Assembly (NCBI GenBank): GCA_963703285.1
Contig: OY969807.1
Coordinates: 1,408,001 to 1,472,000 of the forward strand
DNA length: 64,000 bases
Direction: 5' to 3'
Source of the DNA: an uncultured Nitrososphaerota archaeon
GTDB taxonomy: Archaea; Thermoproteota; Nitrososphaeria; Nitrososphaerales; Gagatemarchaeaceae
This document shows positions 47,316 to 57,476 of the stretch, one piece after another (position 1 is the first letter of the stretch; every line of letters begins with the position of its first letter). Under the pieces are notes generated by a model that saw only the letters and a list, made by a program, of their open reading frames with translations, ran no database searches and was not told the DNA's origin. The position numbers were made by a program, and so were the translations under genes.

Positions 47316-48260
47316 TTGAACGAGTACGACATCATAGAGCTTCTCACGAGGATGGCGGGAAGGCTTCCTGAGGGATACTCTCCGCTGGGCGACGACGTCG
47401 CGACCCTGCCGAGCCCGCCCGGCCGGCTGGTGCTCAAGTCGGACATGCTGGTCGGGAGGACCGACGTGCCGCCGGGCATGACCTGGAGGCAGGCCGGGAG
47501 GAAGGCCGTGGCGATGTGCGTCAGCGACTTCGCCGCCAAGGGCGTCTCCCCCCGGGTCATGCTGGTCTCGCTCGGGATCCCCCGCAGCCTGGATGACGCC
47601 GGCATACGCGCGCTCGCAAAGGGCCTCCGCGACGGGATGGACGAGTGGGGGCCCCGCCTTCTCGGGGGGGACACGAACGAGGCTGGTGACGTGGTGATTG
47701 ACTGCATCCTCGCGGGCTTCACGGACCGAGTCGTCGGAAGGGCCGGAGCGGGAGCTGGCCAGCTCGTCGTCGTCACGGGCGAGTTCGGAACGACCTCCGC
47801 GGGGCTGAAGATTCTCCTCGAGGGAGCGCGCGCACCACCCGGCTTCAGGAGGGTGGCGGTGGAGAACGTCTACATGCCCTCCCCGAGGCTGAAGGCCGGA
47901 CTCGCGCTCCGTGGGTACCTCTCGTCGGCCATGGACTCGAGCGACGGCCTCGCCATCTGCCTCCACGAGCTAGCAGAGGCGAGCGGCGTGGGGATGCGAA
48001 TCGACCTCCTGCCGCACGACCGGTCCCTCGAGGGGTTCGCCGAGAGGAACCGATACCAGCTGAAGGACCTCGTCCTGTACGGGGGCGAGGAGTACGAGAT
48101 AGTAGGGACCGTCTCAAAGAAGAAGCTCGCAGGGGCGGTCGCCGCAGCCAGGGCCGCGGGGTCCGACCTCATCGTGATAGGCGAGACGACGAGGCACGGG
48201 GGGATTATCTCGGCGGACGGCTCGGCGATAGAGAAGAGGGGCTGGATTCAGCTCAGCTAG
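47316..48260 (+). CDS. thiL: Thiamine-monophosphate kinase
   Basis: GDDVA, SDFAAKG, GGDT, MDSSDGL, GGEEYE. Confidence 0.93.
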   Translation: MNEYDIIELLTRMAGRLPEGYSPLGDDVATLPSPPGRLVLKSDMLVGRTDVPPGMTWRQAGRKAVAMCVSDFAAKGVSPRVMLVSLGIPRSLDDAGIRALAKGLRDGMDEWGPRLLGGDTNEAGDVVIDCILAGFTDRVVGRAGAGAGQLVVVTGEFGTTSAGLKILLEGARAPPGFRRVAVENVYMPSPRLKAGLALRGYLSSAMDSSDGLAICLHELAEASGVGMRIDLLPHDRSLEGFAERNRYQLKDLVLYGGEEYEIVGTVSKKKLAGAVAAARAAGSDLIVIGETTRHGGIISADGSAIEKRGWIQLS

Positions 48261-49623
48261 CCTGGGCGGACTTCACCAGTTTGAGGAACTTCTTGAAGGC
48301 CGAGTTCAGCTTCTCCTCGGTGTCGGACTCGGCGAAGACCCTTATGATCGGCTCCGTCCCGCTCGGCCTGACCAGGACCCAGGTCCTGTCGTCGGTCCAT
48401 ATCTTCAGGCCGTCGACCTTCTCGACGCGGTCGCCCCCCTGGCGCTCGACCCTCCGCATGGTCTCCTTCACATCCTCGTGGTCGAGGCGGACCTTCGTCT
48501 TCGCCTGGAAGAGGCGCGGGAGCGCGTTGGCCACCGCCTTCGAGAAGGGGAGGCCGCGGGCCGCGAGGCATTCGAGCATGAGCGCCGTGGCCATGCCCCC
48601 GTCCCTGACGGCGATGTGCGCGGGATAGATGCACCCCCCGTTCTCCTCGAAGCCGAACAAGGCGCCACGCTCGATCATCGTCCTCGAGACGTCCACGCTG
48701 CCCACTCTCGTGCGGATCACCTTCCCCCTTCGCCTGGCGGCGACGGCCTCGATGGCCTGTGAGGAACTTATCGGCGTGACGACGGTGCCTCCGGGGGCCC
48801 TCTCGAGGAGGTAGTCGGCGAGTAGCGAACCGGTCTGGTCGCCCCAGAACACTCTGCCCGTCTCGTCGCAGAAGATGGCCCTGTCCCCATCCCCGTCGTA
48901 GCCCACGCCGAGGTCGGCTCCCACTGCCCTCACTGCCGCGCTGAGGTCGCCCAGCGTCTCGGGCGTCGGCTCGGGTCCCCTCCCGGGGAAGCGGCCGTCC
49001 ACTATCGAGTGTATCGTGACGATCTTGCATCCCAGCGCGTCGAGGAGGTTCGGCGCCGCGAGGCACTGGGCTCCGTTGCCGGGGTCGACGACGATCGAGA
49101 ACTTCCTCGCGGATATCAGCCTCGTGTTGACTTTCGAGAGGATTCCGCTCAGGTAGGTCCGGATGACCGAGGGCTCGGACCTCGCGGTCCCGACCTCCCT
49201 CCAGTCCGCCCTCCTGAACGAACCGTCTCGGAAGATCTTCTCGACCTTCTGCTCGTCGAGCCTGTTGATCTCGACGCCGTCGGGCCCGACGACCTTGAGG
49301 CCGTTGTACTCCGGCGGATTGTGCGAGGCGGTCGCCATCACGCCACCCCTGTATCCCAGGGCCCTCGTCGCGTACTGCAGCGCGGGCGTCGGGACGAGGC
49401 CGGCCTCGGCCACCGGCCTTCCGGAGCTCATCAGGCCGGAGGTGGTCGCGAGCAGCATGGCTTCGCCTGAGAGCCTCCCATCCCTCCCGACCAGGACCTC
49501 GCCCTCGGAGAAGTAGGTGCCGACGCACTCGGAGAACTTGATGACGAACTCGAGGTCGGCGGTAACGCCCGGGATGAAGCGCACCCCGTTGGTCCCGAAG
49601 AGCCTTCCATGGGGGGAGACCAT
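48253..49623 (-). CDS. glmM: Phosphoglucosamine mutase / phosphohexomutase
   Basis: LFGTNGVR, ASHNPPEYNGLK, DGDGDR, RPSGTEP. Confidence 0.85.
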   Translation of the reverse strand: MVSPHGRLFGTNGVRFIPGVTADLEFVIKFSECVGTYFSEGEVLVGRDGRLSGEAMLLATTSGLMSSGRPVAEAGLVPTPALQYATRALGYRGGVMATASHNPPEYNGLKVVGPDGVEINRLDEQKVEKIFRDGSFRRADWREVGTARSEPSVIRTYLSGILSKVNTRLISARKFSIVVDPGNGAQCLAAPNLLDALGCKIVTIHSIVDGRFPGRGPEPTPETLGDLSAAVRAVGADLGVGYDGDGDRAIFCDETGRVFWGDQTGSLLADYLLERAPGGTVVTPISSSQAIEAVAARRRGKVIRTRVGSVDVSRTMIERGALFGFEENGGCIYPAHIAVRDGGMATALMLECLAARGLPFSKAVANALPRLFQAKTKVRLDHEDVKETMRRVERQGGDRVEKVDGLKIWTDDRTWVLVRPSGTEPIIRVFAESDTEEKLNSAFKKFLKLVKSAQAS

Positions 49624-49746
49624 GGGGGTATGTCCGCTCGCTCGCATTAAAAAGCTTCAAACGGGGAGCTGGCTGGTCTCGGGTCTGCCGGCGGGGCGGG
49701 CCGCGGTCCAAACGCTTAATTCGAGAGGGAAGGGGCGTTCGTCGAA

Positions 49747-49840
49747 GGGCCCGTAGCTCAGTACGGATAGAGCGCTAGCCTTCTAACCCCGCAAGGGCAA
49801 AGTCAGCTAGAAGTCGTGGGTTCAAATCCTGCCGGGCCCG
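49747..49840 (+). tRNA. tRNA-Arg(TCT) with a canonical 37/38 intron (49786-49804)
   Basis: GGGCCCG/CGGGCCC, CTAGC-CTTCTA..A-GCTAG, TTCAAAT T-loop. Confidence 0.9.
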
Positions 49841-49936
49841 CTGACGTCTCCGGGCCCTGGGAACGAACTCCGAAGATCAGGTTCAACGCAACTCATTTAA
49901 CCCTCCGTGCAAACAATTGCAAAGCAGTGTAGACCC

Positions 49937-50545
49937 GTGGTCGCGAGAGGCAGGACGTCAAAGAGGCAGGGTGGAAACGACTTTGTAAACAAGACCTTCA
50001 GGCTGAAGAACGAACAGGTCAGGAAGCTGGAGGCAGACGCCATCCGGGCGGGCATCTCCACGAACGGGCTAATCACGTCGATAATCCAGCGTTTCATCGA
50101 GTGGGACAGGTACGCGAACGAGGTCAACTTCATCAGCCTCCCCCCGAGCATGCTCTCCGGCATCCTTTCGGAGGTGAGCGAGGAGACGATGGCAAAGGCA
50201 GGAACGTACGTCGCCGAGAAGTCGTGCTTCAAGGACATCTGCATCCATTTCTTCCAGGGATACGACCTCGCACTCTTCACGAAGGTCATCCTCCTGTTCG
50301 ACAGATACGCGAACAACTACAAGGTGCAGGGCGAGAGGGACAAAGACGGGAACGGGGGGACTGTCATCTCCTTCTATCACGACCTGGGAAGGAAGTGGTC
50401 CGTCTTCATCGCCAACCTGCTTCACGGGGAGCTGCTGAGGCTTGGCGTCGAGGACCACACCTTCGAGGTGAGCGAGAACGCTGTCGTCTTCTCCTTCCCG
50501 AAGGTTCTCCCCCTTCCCTCGGACCACCTCCTCGAGAAGAGCTAG
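49937..50545 (+). CDS. Hypothetical protein with an N-terminal ribbon-helix-helix-like motif
   Basis: NKTFRL..GISTNGLITSIIQRFIEWD, HDLGRKWS. Confidence 0.65.
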   Translation: MVARGRTSKRQGGNDFVNKTFRLKNEQVRKLEADAIRAGISTNGLITSIIQRFIEWDRYANEVNFISLPPSMLSGILSEVSEETMAKAGTYVAEKSCFKDICIHFFQGYDLALFTKVILLFDRYANNYKVQGERDKDGNGGTVISFYHDLGRKWSVFIANLLHGELLRLGVEDHTFEVSENAVVFSFPKVLPLPSDHLLEKS

Positions 50546-50608
50546 GCCGGCTCGGGAGCGGGTCGCCTCAGAATCCAGTGGACATTTAAGCAGTGGAAAG
50601 CCGGTGAG

Positions 50609-51113
50609 ATGAGCATGCAGGAGGGGGAAGGAGAACTGCTCATCCAGCGGCTCGGCGAGGTCAGCGGCCCGGAGAACGTGATGATTGCTGGCCCTGCCAT
50701 GGAGGACTATGGTCACGATATGGCCGACTTCGAGGCCGCCCCTGCTGTCGTGGTCAGACCGAGGTCCGAGCACGAGGTGGTCGAGATCATCAACCTGGCG
50801 AGGGAGGCCCACATGCCGATCCTGCCGAGGGGGGCAGGCAGCAGCCTGACCGGGGCGGCGGTCCTGAAGGGGGCCATCGTGCTCGACATGCGTGGGATGG
50901 ACCGCGTCCGCCCCATACCCAGACCCGGAGGAGGGCGGGAGGTGGTCGGTGGTCGATGTCGAGCCGGTCAGGAAGCTCGGGCGGCCCGTCGCGCTCGCAG
51001 AGATGAGGGGGAACGCCCGCTTCGAAGGGTTCGACCTGCTGAGGATCCCGAGGCTGTCGGTGATGCCCGTTCCGGAGGCAGTCTGGGACGAGATAATGAG
51101 GCTGGGAAGCTGA
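50609..51113 (+). pseudogene. Chimera: FAD-linked oxidase N-terminus joined out of frame to an EVE-domain C-terminus
   Basis: PAVVVRP..PRGAGSSLTGAA..LDMRGMDRV then PYPDP..VDV..PVALAEMR..RLSVMPVPEAVWDEI. Confidence 0.75.
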
Positions 51114-51116
51114 GGG

Positions 51117-52250
51117 TCAGAGACCCTTCCGCATCCTGCGTACGGCCTCCTCGAGGGTCGCCTCCTTCTTCGTGAACGTGAAGCGGACCCTGGACCGCCC
51201 GGCGCCCCTCCTGGCGTAGAAGCTCGAGGCGGGGACGGCGGCTACGCCCACCTCGCGCGCGAGGTGTTCCGCGAACGCAAAGTCGTCTAGCCTGCTTATC
51301 CCCGAGAAATCTGCGAAGATGTAGAAGGCGCCTTCGGGCCTGAGGCAGGAAAATCCTAGTTCCTGAAGTGACTTCATCAAGAAGAGCCTCTTCTTGTCGT
51401 ACGTCGCCGCGAGGCCGCGGTAGTAGGAGTCGGGGAGGGCGAGCGCGACCACCGCGGCTCGCTGCAGCGGCGTCGGCGCGCAGACCGTGAGATAGTCGTG
51501 GACCGTCCTGAGAGCCCTGGTGAGGCGCTTCTCGGCAACGGCGTAACCTAGCCGCCAGCCCGTTATGCTGAACGTCTTCGAGAACCCCGAGACGGTGACG
51601 GTCCTCTCGTACATGTCGCCCATCGACGCCAGGCTCACGTGACGGTTGCCGTCGTAGACCAGGTGCTCGTAGATCTCGTCCGTGATCGCCACGACGTCGT
51701 GGTCTTCGCAAAGGTCCGCGACGACCTTGAGCTCCCTGGTCGTGAAGACCCTTCCCGTCGGGTTGTTGGGTGTGTTCAGTAGGATGGCCTTCGGCCCCCT
51801 GCTGAAGGCCACCTTGAGTGCCTCCTCAGGGAGAGCGAAACCCGGCTCGCTGAGCCTAAAGTGGATAGCTCTCGCTCCGGAGATGATTGTGGCCGGGATG
51901 TAGCTCTCGTAGAAGGGTTCGGGCACGACCACGCGGTCCCCCGGACCGGTGAGGGAGATCATCGCCGCTGTGATCGCCTCGGTGGAGCCGCAGGTCACGG
52001 TGACCTCGTCGTCGGGGTCGGGGCTGATTCCGTTGAACCTCTCCATCTTCGCGGCTATCGCCTCCCTTAGCTGCTGGGAGCCCATCGTCAGCTCGTACTG
52101 GTTGCGGTCTTCCCTCACCGCCGCCGACGCCGCGCGCTTGACGGGGGCGGGAGCGGGAAAGTCTGGCGACCCCTGTGCGAGGTTTACTGCGCCGACCTTC
52201 TCGGCGAGCATCGACATGTCACGGATGGCTGACTCGGTGAAGAGCGCCAT
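51117..52250 (-). CDS. Class I/II PLP aminotransferase
   Basis: NLAQGSPD, NTPNNPTG, DEIYE, SKTFSITGWRLG. Confidence 0.95.
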   Translation of the reverse strand: MALFTESAIRDMSMLAEKVGAVNLAQGSPDFPAPAPVKRAASAAVREDRNQYELTMGSQQLREAIAAKMERFNGISPDPDDEVTVTCGSTEAITAAMISLTGPGDRVVVPEPFYESYIPATIISGARAIHFRLSEPGFALPEEALKVAFSRGPKAILLNTPNNPTGRVFTTRELKVVADLCEDHDVVAITDEIYEHLVYDGNRHVSLASMGDMYERTVTVSGFSKTFSITGWRLGYAVAEKRLTRALRTVHDYLTVCAPTPLQRAAVVALALPDSYYRGLAATYDKKRLFLMKSLQELGFSCLRPEGAFYIFADFSGISRLDDFAFAEHLAREVGVAAVPASSFYARRGAGRSRVRFTFTKKEATLEEAVRRMRKGL

Positions 52251-52364
52251 CCTGCGAGAGGCGAACTCGGGCTTCTGTTTTCCCTTCAAGAGACCCCGGC
52301 GTAGCCGCGGCCGCTTATTTAACGTGGGAGACGGGCGTGTTCTAATTGATAAGCTCCGGCTTGG

Positions 52365-53498
52365 ATGGAGTGGGTGCGCTTGCAAGCCGGCTTCGCGACT
52401 GTCGAGGGGACGACCGCGTACAGAGATGGCGCCGTCGAGAAGGGAATCGTGCCCGCCCATTTCCGGTCCGTCCTTTCGCTATCCCTCTCGTCGCTCGGGA
52501 TCGGGACCTACCTCGGGGACACAGACTCGCTGACCGACGGGTTAGTCGAGGATGCCATCTACGAATCGGTGGCCTCGGGCGCGGTCAACGTCATCGACAC
52601 CGCGATAAACTACAGGATGCAGAAGGCCGAGCGGTCGGTCGGGAGGGCCCTGGAGCGCCTCAGGACCGAAGGAGCGACGGGCAGGGACCACCTCTTCGTT
52701 GCCACCAAGAACGGCTACCTGGCCTCGGACGGGGACGTCACCAAGGACTTCTGGAGGTACGTCCAGGAGGAGTACATCAGGCCGGGGAAGCTGAAGGTGG
52801 ACGAGATAGCCGGCGAGGTCCACTCGATGTCTCCGAAGTTCCTCCTCGACCAGCTAGGAAGGTCCCTGAAGAACCTCGGGCTGGGATGTGTCGACCTGGT
52901 CTACCTCCACAACGCGGCAGAGTCCTGGCTGCAGGAGATAGGGTACAGGAGGTTCCTTGAGCGCGTCGCCGACGTCTTCTCGCTCTACGAGAGGGAGAGG
53001 CAGGCGGGGAGGCTCAGGTACTATGGCCTCGCGTCGTGGAACTGCTTCAGGGTCCCGCGGGGTGACCCGGAGTACGCGAGCCTCGACGACCTGGTCGAGG
53101 TCGCCAAGAACGCGGGCGGGGACGATCACGGTTTCAGGTTCGTGCAGCTGCCCTTCAACCCCGGGATGAGCGAGGCGCTCTCGGCCAAGAACCAGAGGAT
53201 CGCCGACGAGCCGCTCACGACCTTCGAGGCCGCCCAGAAGCTCGGGCTTGGCGTCTTCACCAGCGCTCCCCTCGCCGAGGGGAGGCTGCTGAGCCACAAG
53301 AGGGTGCCCGAGCTCGAGGGATCGAGGGCCCTCTCGCTCCTCCAGTTCGCGCGGTCGGCGCATCCCGCGGTCGTGGCTCCCCTCGTGGGGCAGAAGGACC
53401 CCGCCCACGTCCGCGAGAACCTCAGAATCGGTAGGGTCCCACCCCTCGACGAGAGAGAGTTCGCCGAGAGGTACGGAGCCCTCCTCGAAAAACACTAA
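52365..53498 (+). CDS. Aldo/keto reductase
   Basis: LGIGTY, IDTAINY, ATK, DLVYLHN, VQLPFN. Confidence 0.93.
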   Translation: MEWVRLQAGFATVEGTTAYRDGAVEKGIVPAHFRSVLSLSLSSLGIGTYLGDTDSLTDGLVEDAIYESVASGAVNVIDTAINYRMQKAERSVGRALERLRTEGATGRDHLFVATKNGYLASDGDVTKDFWRYVQEEYIRPGKLKVDEIAGEVHSMSPKFLLDQLGRSLKNLGLGCVDLVYLHNAAESWLQEIGYRRFLERVADVFSLYERERQAGRLRYYGLASWNCFRVPRGDPEYASLDDLVEVAKNAGGDDHGFRFVQLPFNPGMSEALSAKNQRIADEPLTTFEAAQKLGLGVFTSAPLAEGRLLSHKRVPELEGSRALSLLQFARSAHPAVVAPLVGQKDPAHVRENLRIGRVPPLDEREFAERYGALLEKH

Positions 53499-53524
53499 AT
53501 CGGTCCGCATCGTGCTTCGAGGGG

Positions 53525-53734
53525 TTGAAGCCTGTACCAGTCCTCCTGATTGTCCTTGGCGTGGTCCTCGCCCTCGCTGGCGTCGTCTTCTCGCTGCAGG
53601 GAATGGGGACGGTCGGCCCCAGCAGCTCGTTCATGTACCAGAACCCGTCCTGGACGTTTCAGGGCGCCATCGTCGCCGTGATAGGAATCGCGACTCTCGC
53701 CGGGGGGCTCTGGATCTCACGGAGGGGCGGGTAG
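53525..53734 (+). CDS. Small 2-TM membrane protein
   Basis: LQGMG..SSFM..W between two hydrophobic helices. Confidence 0.7.
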   Translation: MKPVPVLLIVLGVVLALAGVVFSLQGMGTVGPSSSFMYQNPSWTFQGAIVAVIGIATLAGGLWISRRGG

Positions 53735-53795
53735 CGCTTTCCGCCCTGATGAACGGGGTGTTAGAAAGAACCGATGGTGAGGCCCGGGGTGGGTC

Positions 53796-54758
53796 TCACC
53801 TTCGCCTCGCGAGCAGCGGCGCGGGCGTCTCGGCTAGGCGTAGGTCAGCGTCGTAGGTCGAGCCCGTCCTGACGAAGCTCACGGTCACGCGGTCTCCGAT
53901 GCCGAACTTCGAGAGAGCCGTGACGAGCGCCTTCATGTGCTCGACCTTGTTCCCGCCTATGCTCACGATGATGTCCCCCTCGCGGAGCCCGGCCGTGTGC
54001 GCGGGGCCGTCCCTAAGGACCTCTGCGAGCAGGACACCCGACTCGACCGAGAGTCCGTAGCGCCTCGCTATCGAGGGGTTGACGTCCATCCCGGAGATTC
54101 CCAGCCACGGCCTCACAACCCTCCCGTGTTTGGAGATCTGCTCGATGGTCCTCTTGATGGTGTCCGATGGGATTGCGAAGCCGACGCCCTGGGCGAACGG
54201 AATCATCGCGGTGTTGAGCCCGATGACCCTGCCTTCGAGGTCGGCCAGCGGACCCCCGCTGTTGCCCGGGTTGATCGCTGCGTCCGTCTGCACGAGCCCC
54301 TCGAGGACGAAGTCGGTACCAGGGAGCGGTCGGCCGATGGCGCTTATGACGCCCATGGAGACGGTCGGGGCGCCCGGCAGGCCGAGGGCGTTGCCTATCG
54401 CCAAAACGAACTGGCCCACCTTGAGGGAATCGGAGTCGCCGAGGCTGGCGGAGGGGAGGTTCTCGGCGTTGACCTTGATGAGCGCGACGTCGGTCGCCGG
54501 GTCAGACCCGACCACCTCGCCGACCAGCGACCTCCCGTCCTTCAGGTGGACGAGGACCTTGGAGGCGTCGTCGATCACGTGGTGGTTCGTGACTATCGTG
54601 CCCTGGGGGTCGATGATTACCCCGGACCCCTGCCCTTCGATGGGCACGAGCCCGTACCTATAGTCGCGAGTGAGCTTCGTGCTGTCAATCCCCACGACGC
54701 TCTCGCTGAGCTTCTCGATAGCCCCGGTAATCTGCGACTCTAGAGCTGTCAGCGGCAT
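53796..54758 (-). CDS. HtrA/DegP-like serine protease with PDZ domain, no signal peptide
   Basis: TNHHV, DVALI, AAINPGNSGGPL, PDZ. Confidence 0.95.
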   Translation of the reverse strand: MPLTALESQITGAIEKLSESVVGIDSTKLTRDYRYGLVPIEGQGSGVIIDPQGTIVTNHHVIDDASKVLVHLKDGRSLVGEVVGSDPATDVALIKVNAENLPSASLGDSDSLKVGQFVLAIGNALGLPGAPTVSMGVISAIGRPLPGTDFVLEGLVQTDAAINPGNSGGPLADLEGRVIGLNTAMIPFAQGVGFAIPSDTIKRTIEQISKHGRVVRPWLGISGMDVNPSIARRYGLSVESGVLLAEVLRDGPAHTAGLREGDIIVSIGGNKVEHMKALVTALSKFGIGDRVTVSFVRTGSTYDADLRLAETPAPLLARRR

Positions 54759-54841
54759 CTTCTCACCATGGGGGCCGCACTGGCGGTCCTGGTTCGGGAA
54801 TCGACGGGCCGGGGCCCGGAGGGCCTCTCGGATCGTCCATC

Positions 54842-55762
54842 CTACTCGCTCTCCGGCGCAGCCCCCGGCGTTACCGAGAGCTCCTCGACCTTCCCTGCGC
54901 GCAGGACCTTCGCCTTGAGGGTCTTCCCGATTTTTTCCTCGGTCAGGACCCGCGTCAGGTCGCGGAACCCGCTGACCTGGTTCCCGTCGAGGGCCAGGAG
55001 GACATCGCCGAACGCGATCCCCGCGGCCTTCGCCGCGCTCCCTGGCTCGACCGAGAGCACGATGAGGCCCTGGTCCTGGCCGACCGACTGGCTCTTGGCC
55101 AGGTCGTCGGGCAGCGGGATCGGGTTGGTGATTATCCCCAGATAGGCGCGCCCGACCGTCTTGCCCGAGGCGAGCCTCTCCACCGAAGCCGAGACCTTCT
55201 GGATTGGGACGGCGATTCCCCTGGACGACATGTAGGCGACGTTCATGGCCACCATCCTCCCGGAGGCGTCCACGAGCGGTCCTCCAGAGTAGCCGGGGTT
55301 CAGCCGTGCGTCGGTGACGACCGCGTCCTCGATGCCCACGCCCCACCAGCCACCGATGCTGCGCTTCACGCTGGTGACTATACCGGACGTGGCGCTCGCC
55401 TTCGTCGCGTAGGGGTTCGCGAGGGCGAGGACGAACTGTCCCACCCTCAGGGACTCTGAGTCGCCCCTTGCTATGGGCTTCAGCCCTGGCTCCACCTTCA
55501 GCAGGGCGATGTCAGAGGTCTTGTCCCGTCCCAGGACCTTCGCCGTGAAGGTCTGTCCCGAGTTCGTGCCGACCTCCACCTCCTCGAGGCCGTGGACCAC
55601 GTGGTACGCGGTCACGACGTGCCCCTGGTCGTCCCAGACGACCCCCGTACCGTTCCTCCCGTCGGAGCTGACGCTCACGACGGAAGGGCTTACTCTCTCG
55701 GCGACCTCTTCGATGGCGCTGGAGAACGTCTCTAGTATTCCGACCGTGCTTGTATTGCTCAT
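54842..55762 (-). CDS. Second HtrA-like serine protease with PDZ domain, no signal peptide
   Basis: TAYHVV, DIALL, LNPGYSGGPL, PDZ. Confidence 0.92.
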   Translation of the reverse strand: MSNTSTVGILETFSSAIEEVAERVSPSVVSVSSDGRNGTGVVWDDQGHVVTAYHVVHGLEEVEVGTNSGQTFTAKVLGRDKTSDIALLKVEPGLKPIARGDSESLRVGQFVLALANPYATKASATSGIVTSVKRSIGGWWGVGIEDAVVTDARLNPGYSGGPLVDASGRMVAMNVAYMSSRGIAVPIQKVSASVERLASGKTVGRAYLGIITNPIPLPDDLAKSQSVGQDQGLIVLSVEPGSAAKAAGIAFGDVLLALDGNQVSGFRDLTRVLTEEKIGKTLKAKVLRAGKVEELSVTPGAAPESE

Positions 55763-55832
55763 TTTTCGAGTCACTGGAGGTACAGAGAATGGGCGTGTAC
55801 TTGTTGACTGGGATTGACGGAACCCGGTCACA

Positions 55833-56444
55833 CTAGTTGGAGAACGTGGATCCGCCCACGGTGTAGTAGGCGAACCTCCTGTTAGGGGTCGCCGGATAGA
55901 CCTTGGAGATGTACCCGACGAGCTGGTGGGAGGCCTTTATCGCGTCCGTGAGATCCTTTCCCTCCTTGATGCGCCCCTCGATCGTCAGCTCTCCGCCGGA
56001 GAAGATGGCGTCCACCTGGATGCTGCCGTCTTCGGTAATCCACTTCATGTTGGTCCCCCTCTCATCCTCGGAGAACCCCAGCCATCTGAGCGGTCCGAAC
56101 CAGCGGCCCCTCAGGTTGGAGACCGCCTCGGTGGGGTTGTCGACGCGGGGTAGCAGCGTCCGCAGCAGAGTCAGCCTCGGCTCCGAGGCAGAGAGCTGCC
56201 GGAGGCTCGTCACCTCGCGCCCCCTCTCGGTCACCTGGTATCCCTGTCCCGTCTTCTCCAGGATCCTCTGCTCCTCCAGGCGGTCGAGTATCCTCGAGAG
56301 GGTCTCGGAGTGGGCACCGAGCCTCCTCTTCAAACCTTCAAAGGTGAAACCCATCAGCCCCTCTTCGCCTATGAAGCGGAGGACCTCCATGTCCCTGGGA
56401 CCGATGTCCAGATCCTGAAGGCTCTCCCGCTGGGCTCCTCGCAT
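55833..56444 (-). CDS. Winged-helix domain protein
   Basis: FTFEGLKRRLGAHSETLSRILDRL..GYQVT; L.GRWFG.LRW. Confidence 0.75.
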   Translation of the reverse strand: MRGAQRESLQDLDIGPRDMEVLRFIGEEGLMGFTFEGLKRRLGAHSETLSRILDRLEEQRILEKTGQGYQVTERGREVTSLRQLSASEPRLTLLRTLLPRVDNPTEAVSNLRGRWFGPLRWLGFSEDERGTNMKWITEDGSIQVDAIFSGGELTIEGRIKEGKDLTDAIKASHQLVGYISKVYPATPNRRFAYYTVGGSTFSN

Positions 56445-56522
56445 CTGGGTCACAGTCTTGAGAAGGGCGTAGTCGTATTTATATATGTAGTAGTCATTGG
56501 AATGTAAGTAGGTAATCCTGAC

Positions 56523-56879
56523 TTGAGCAAGTCCGTCCAGATAGACCAGGAGGTCCTCGACTCGTGCAAAGTGATCCACGCGTCGTGGAACGAGCTGACC
56601 AAGGTGTGGACACTGCCCGTGATCCACGCGCTGGGGCTGCAGGAACCGGCCAGGTTCAACGAGCTGAAGCGTAGGATAGAGGGGATAAGCGCCACCAGCC
56701 TCGCGGAGAGGCTGGGCACGCTCGAGAAGCAGGGGGTCGTCGCGCGAAAGGTCTTCCCCGAGAGCCCTCCTCGGGTGGAGTACACGCTGACCGCCAAGGG
56801 GCTCGAGCTGAAGGAGATACTGAGGCAGCTTGGCGACTGGGCCATCAAGTGGTCGAAGGAAAAGGCCGCGACCCAATGA
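56523..56879 (+). CDS. HxlR-family transcriptional regulator
   Basis: RFNELKR..GIS..LAERL..PPRVEYTLT. Confidence 0.92.
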   Translation: MSKSVQIDQEVLDSCKVIHASWNELTKVWTLPVIHALGLQEPARFNELKRRIEGISATSLAERLGTLEKQGVVARKVFPESPPRVEYTLTAKGLELKEILRQLGDWAIKWSKEKAATQ

Positions 56880-56935
56880 GAGCGGGTCGCCTGGTTCCGA
56901 AACGTTTGTAAGAGAATAGCGCTAACTCGCGCTCC

Positions 56936-57454
56936 ATGGGAAGCGCGGGCAACGGGGCGAAGGCGGGCCTTGTGGCCGGCATCGTCTACGGGGTGATCCT
57001 CGCCATCGTGTCCTACTTCACGCTCGTCGCGGACAAGAGCACGATCATCGCAGACATCACGAAGAGCATGCCCGCGAGCGAGACGACCTTCACCCCGGAC
57101 CAGATCTACAGCATCGCGCTTGTCGCAGCCCCGATCGTCGTGGTGGTCCTGGGAGTCCTTGGCGGACTCGTATTGGGCGCTATCTACGGTAAGGTCTTCG
57201 AGAGGGTTCCCGGAATGACGTCCCTGGTCAAGGGGATCATCTTCGGCGTGGTCCTCTGGCTGCTCATCAGCGTCCTGGGAGACCTCGGCGACTACGGCAC
57301 CTATGGGGCGCTGTACTACCTCTCGGAGGTCGGCACCGGACTGGTCGGAGCGCTGATCTTCGGCGCGGTGCTCGGTTACTTCTACAGCAGGTTCAACAGG
57401 ACCAAAGAAACCTACCAGCTGAAGGAGGACGTCGGCGCTCTGAAGGTCAGCTGA
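56936..57454 (+). CDS. 4-TM membrane protein
   Basis: AGLVAGIVYG, KGIIFGVVLW. Confidence 0.75.
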   Translation: MGSAGNGAKAGLVAGIVYGVILAIVSYFTLVADKSTIIADITKSMPASETTFTPDQIYSIALVAAPIVVVVLGVLGGLVLGAIYGKVFERVPGMTSLVKGIIFGVVLWLLISVLGDLGDYGTYGALYYLSEVGTGLVGALIFGAVLGYFYSRFNRTKETYQLKEDVGALKVS

Positions 57455-57476
57455 GATAGCGGCCGGTGTCCCTGCG

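Noticed and set aside
46013-49623. Two phosphohexomutase paralogues flanking thiL
   Set aside because: Ordinary housekeeping paralogy
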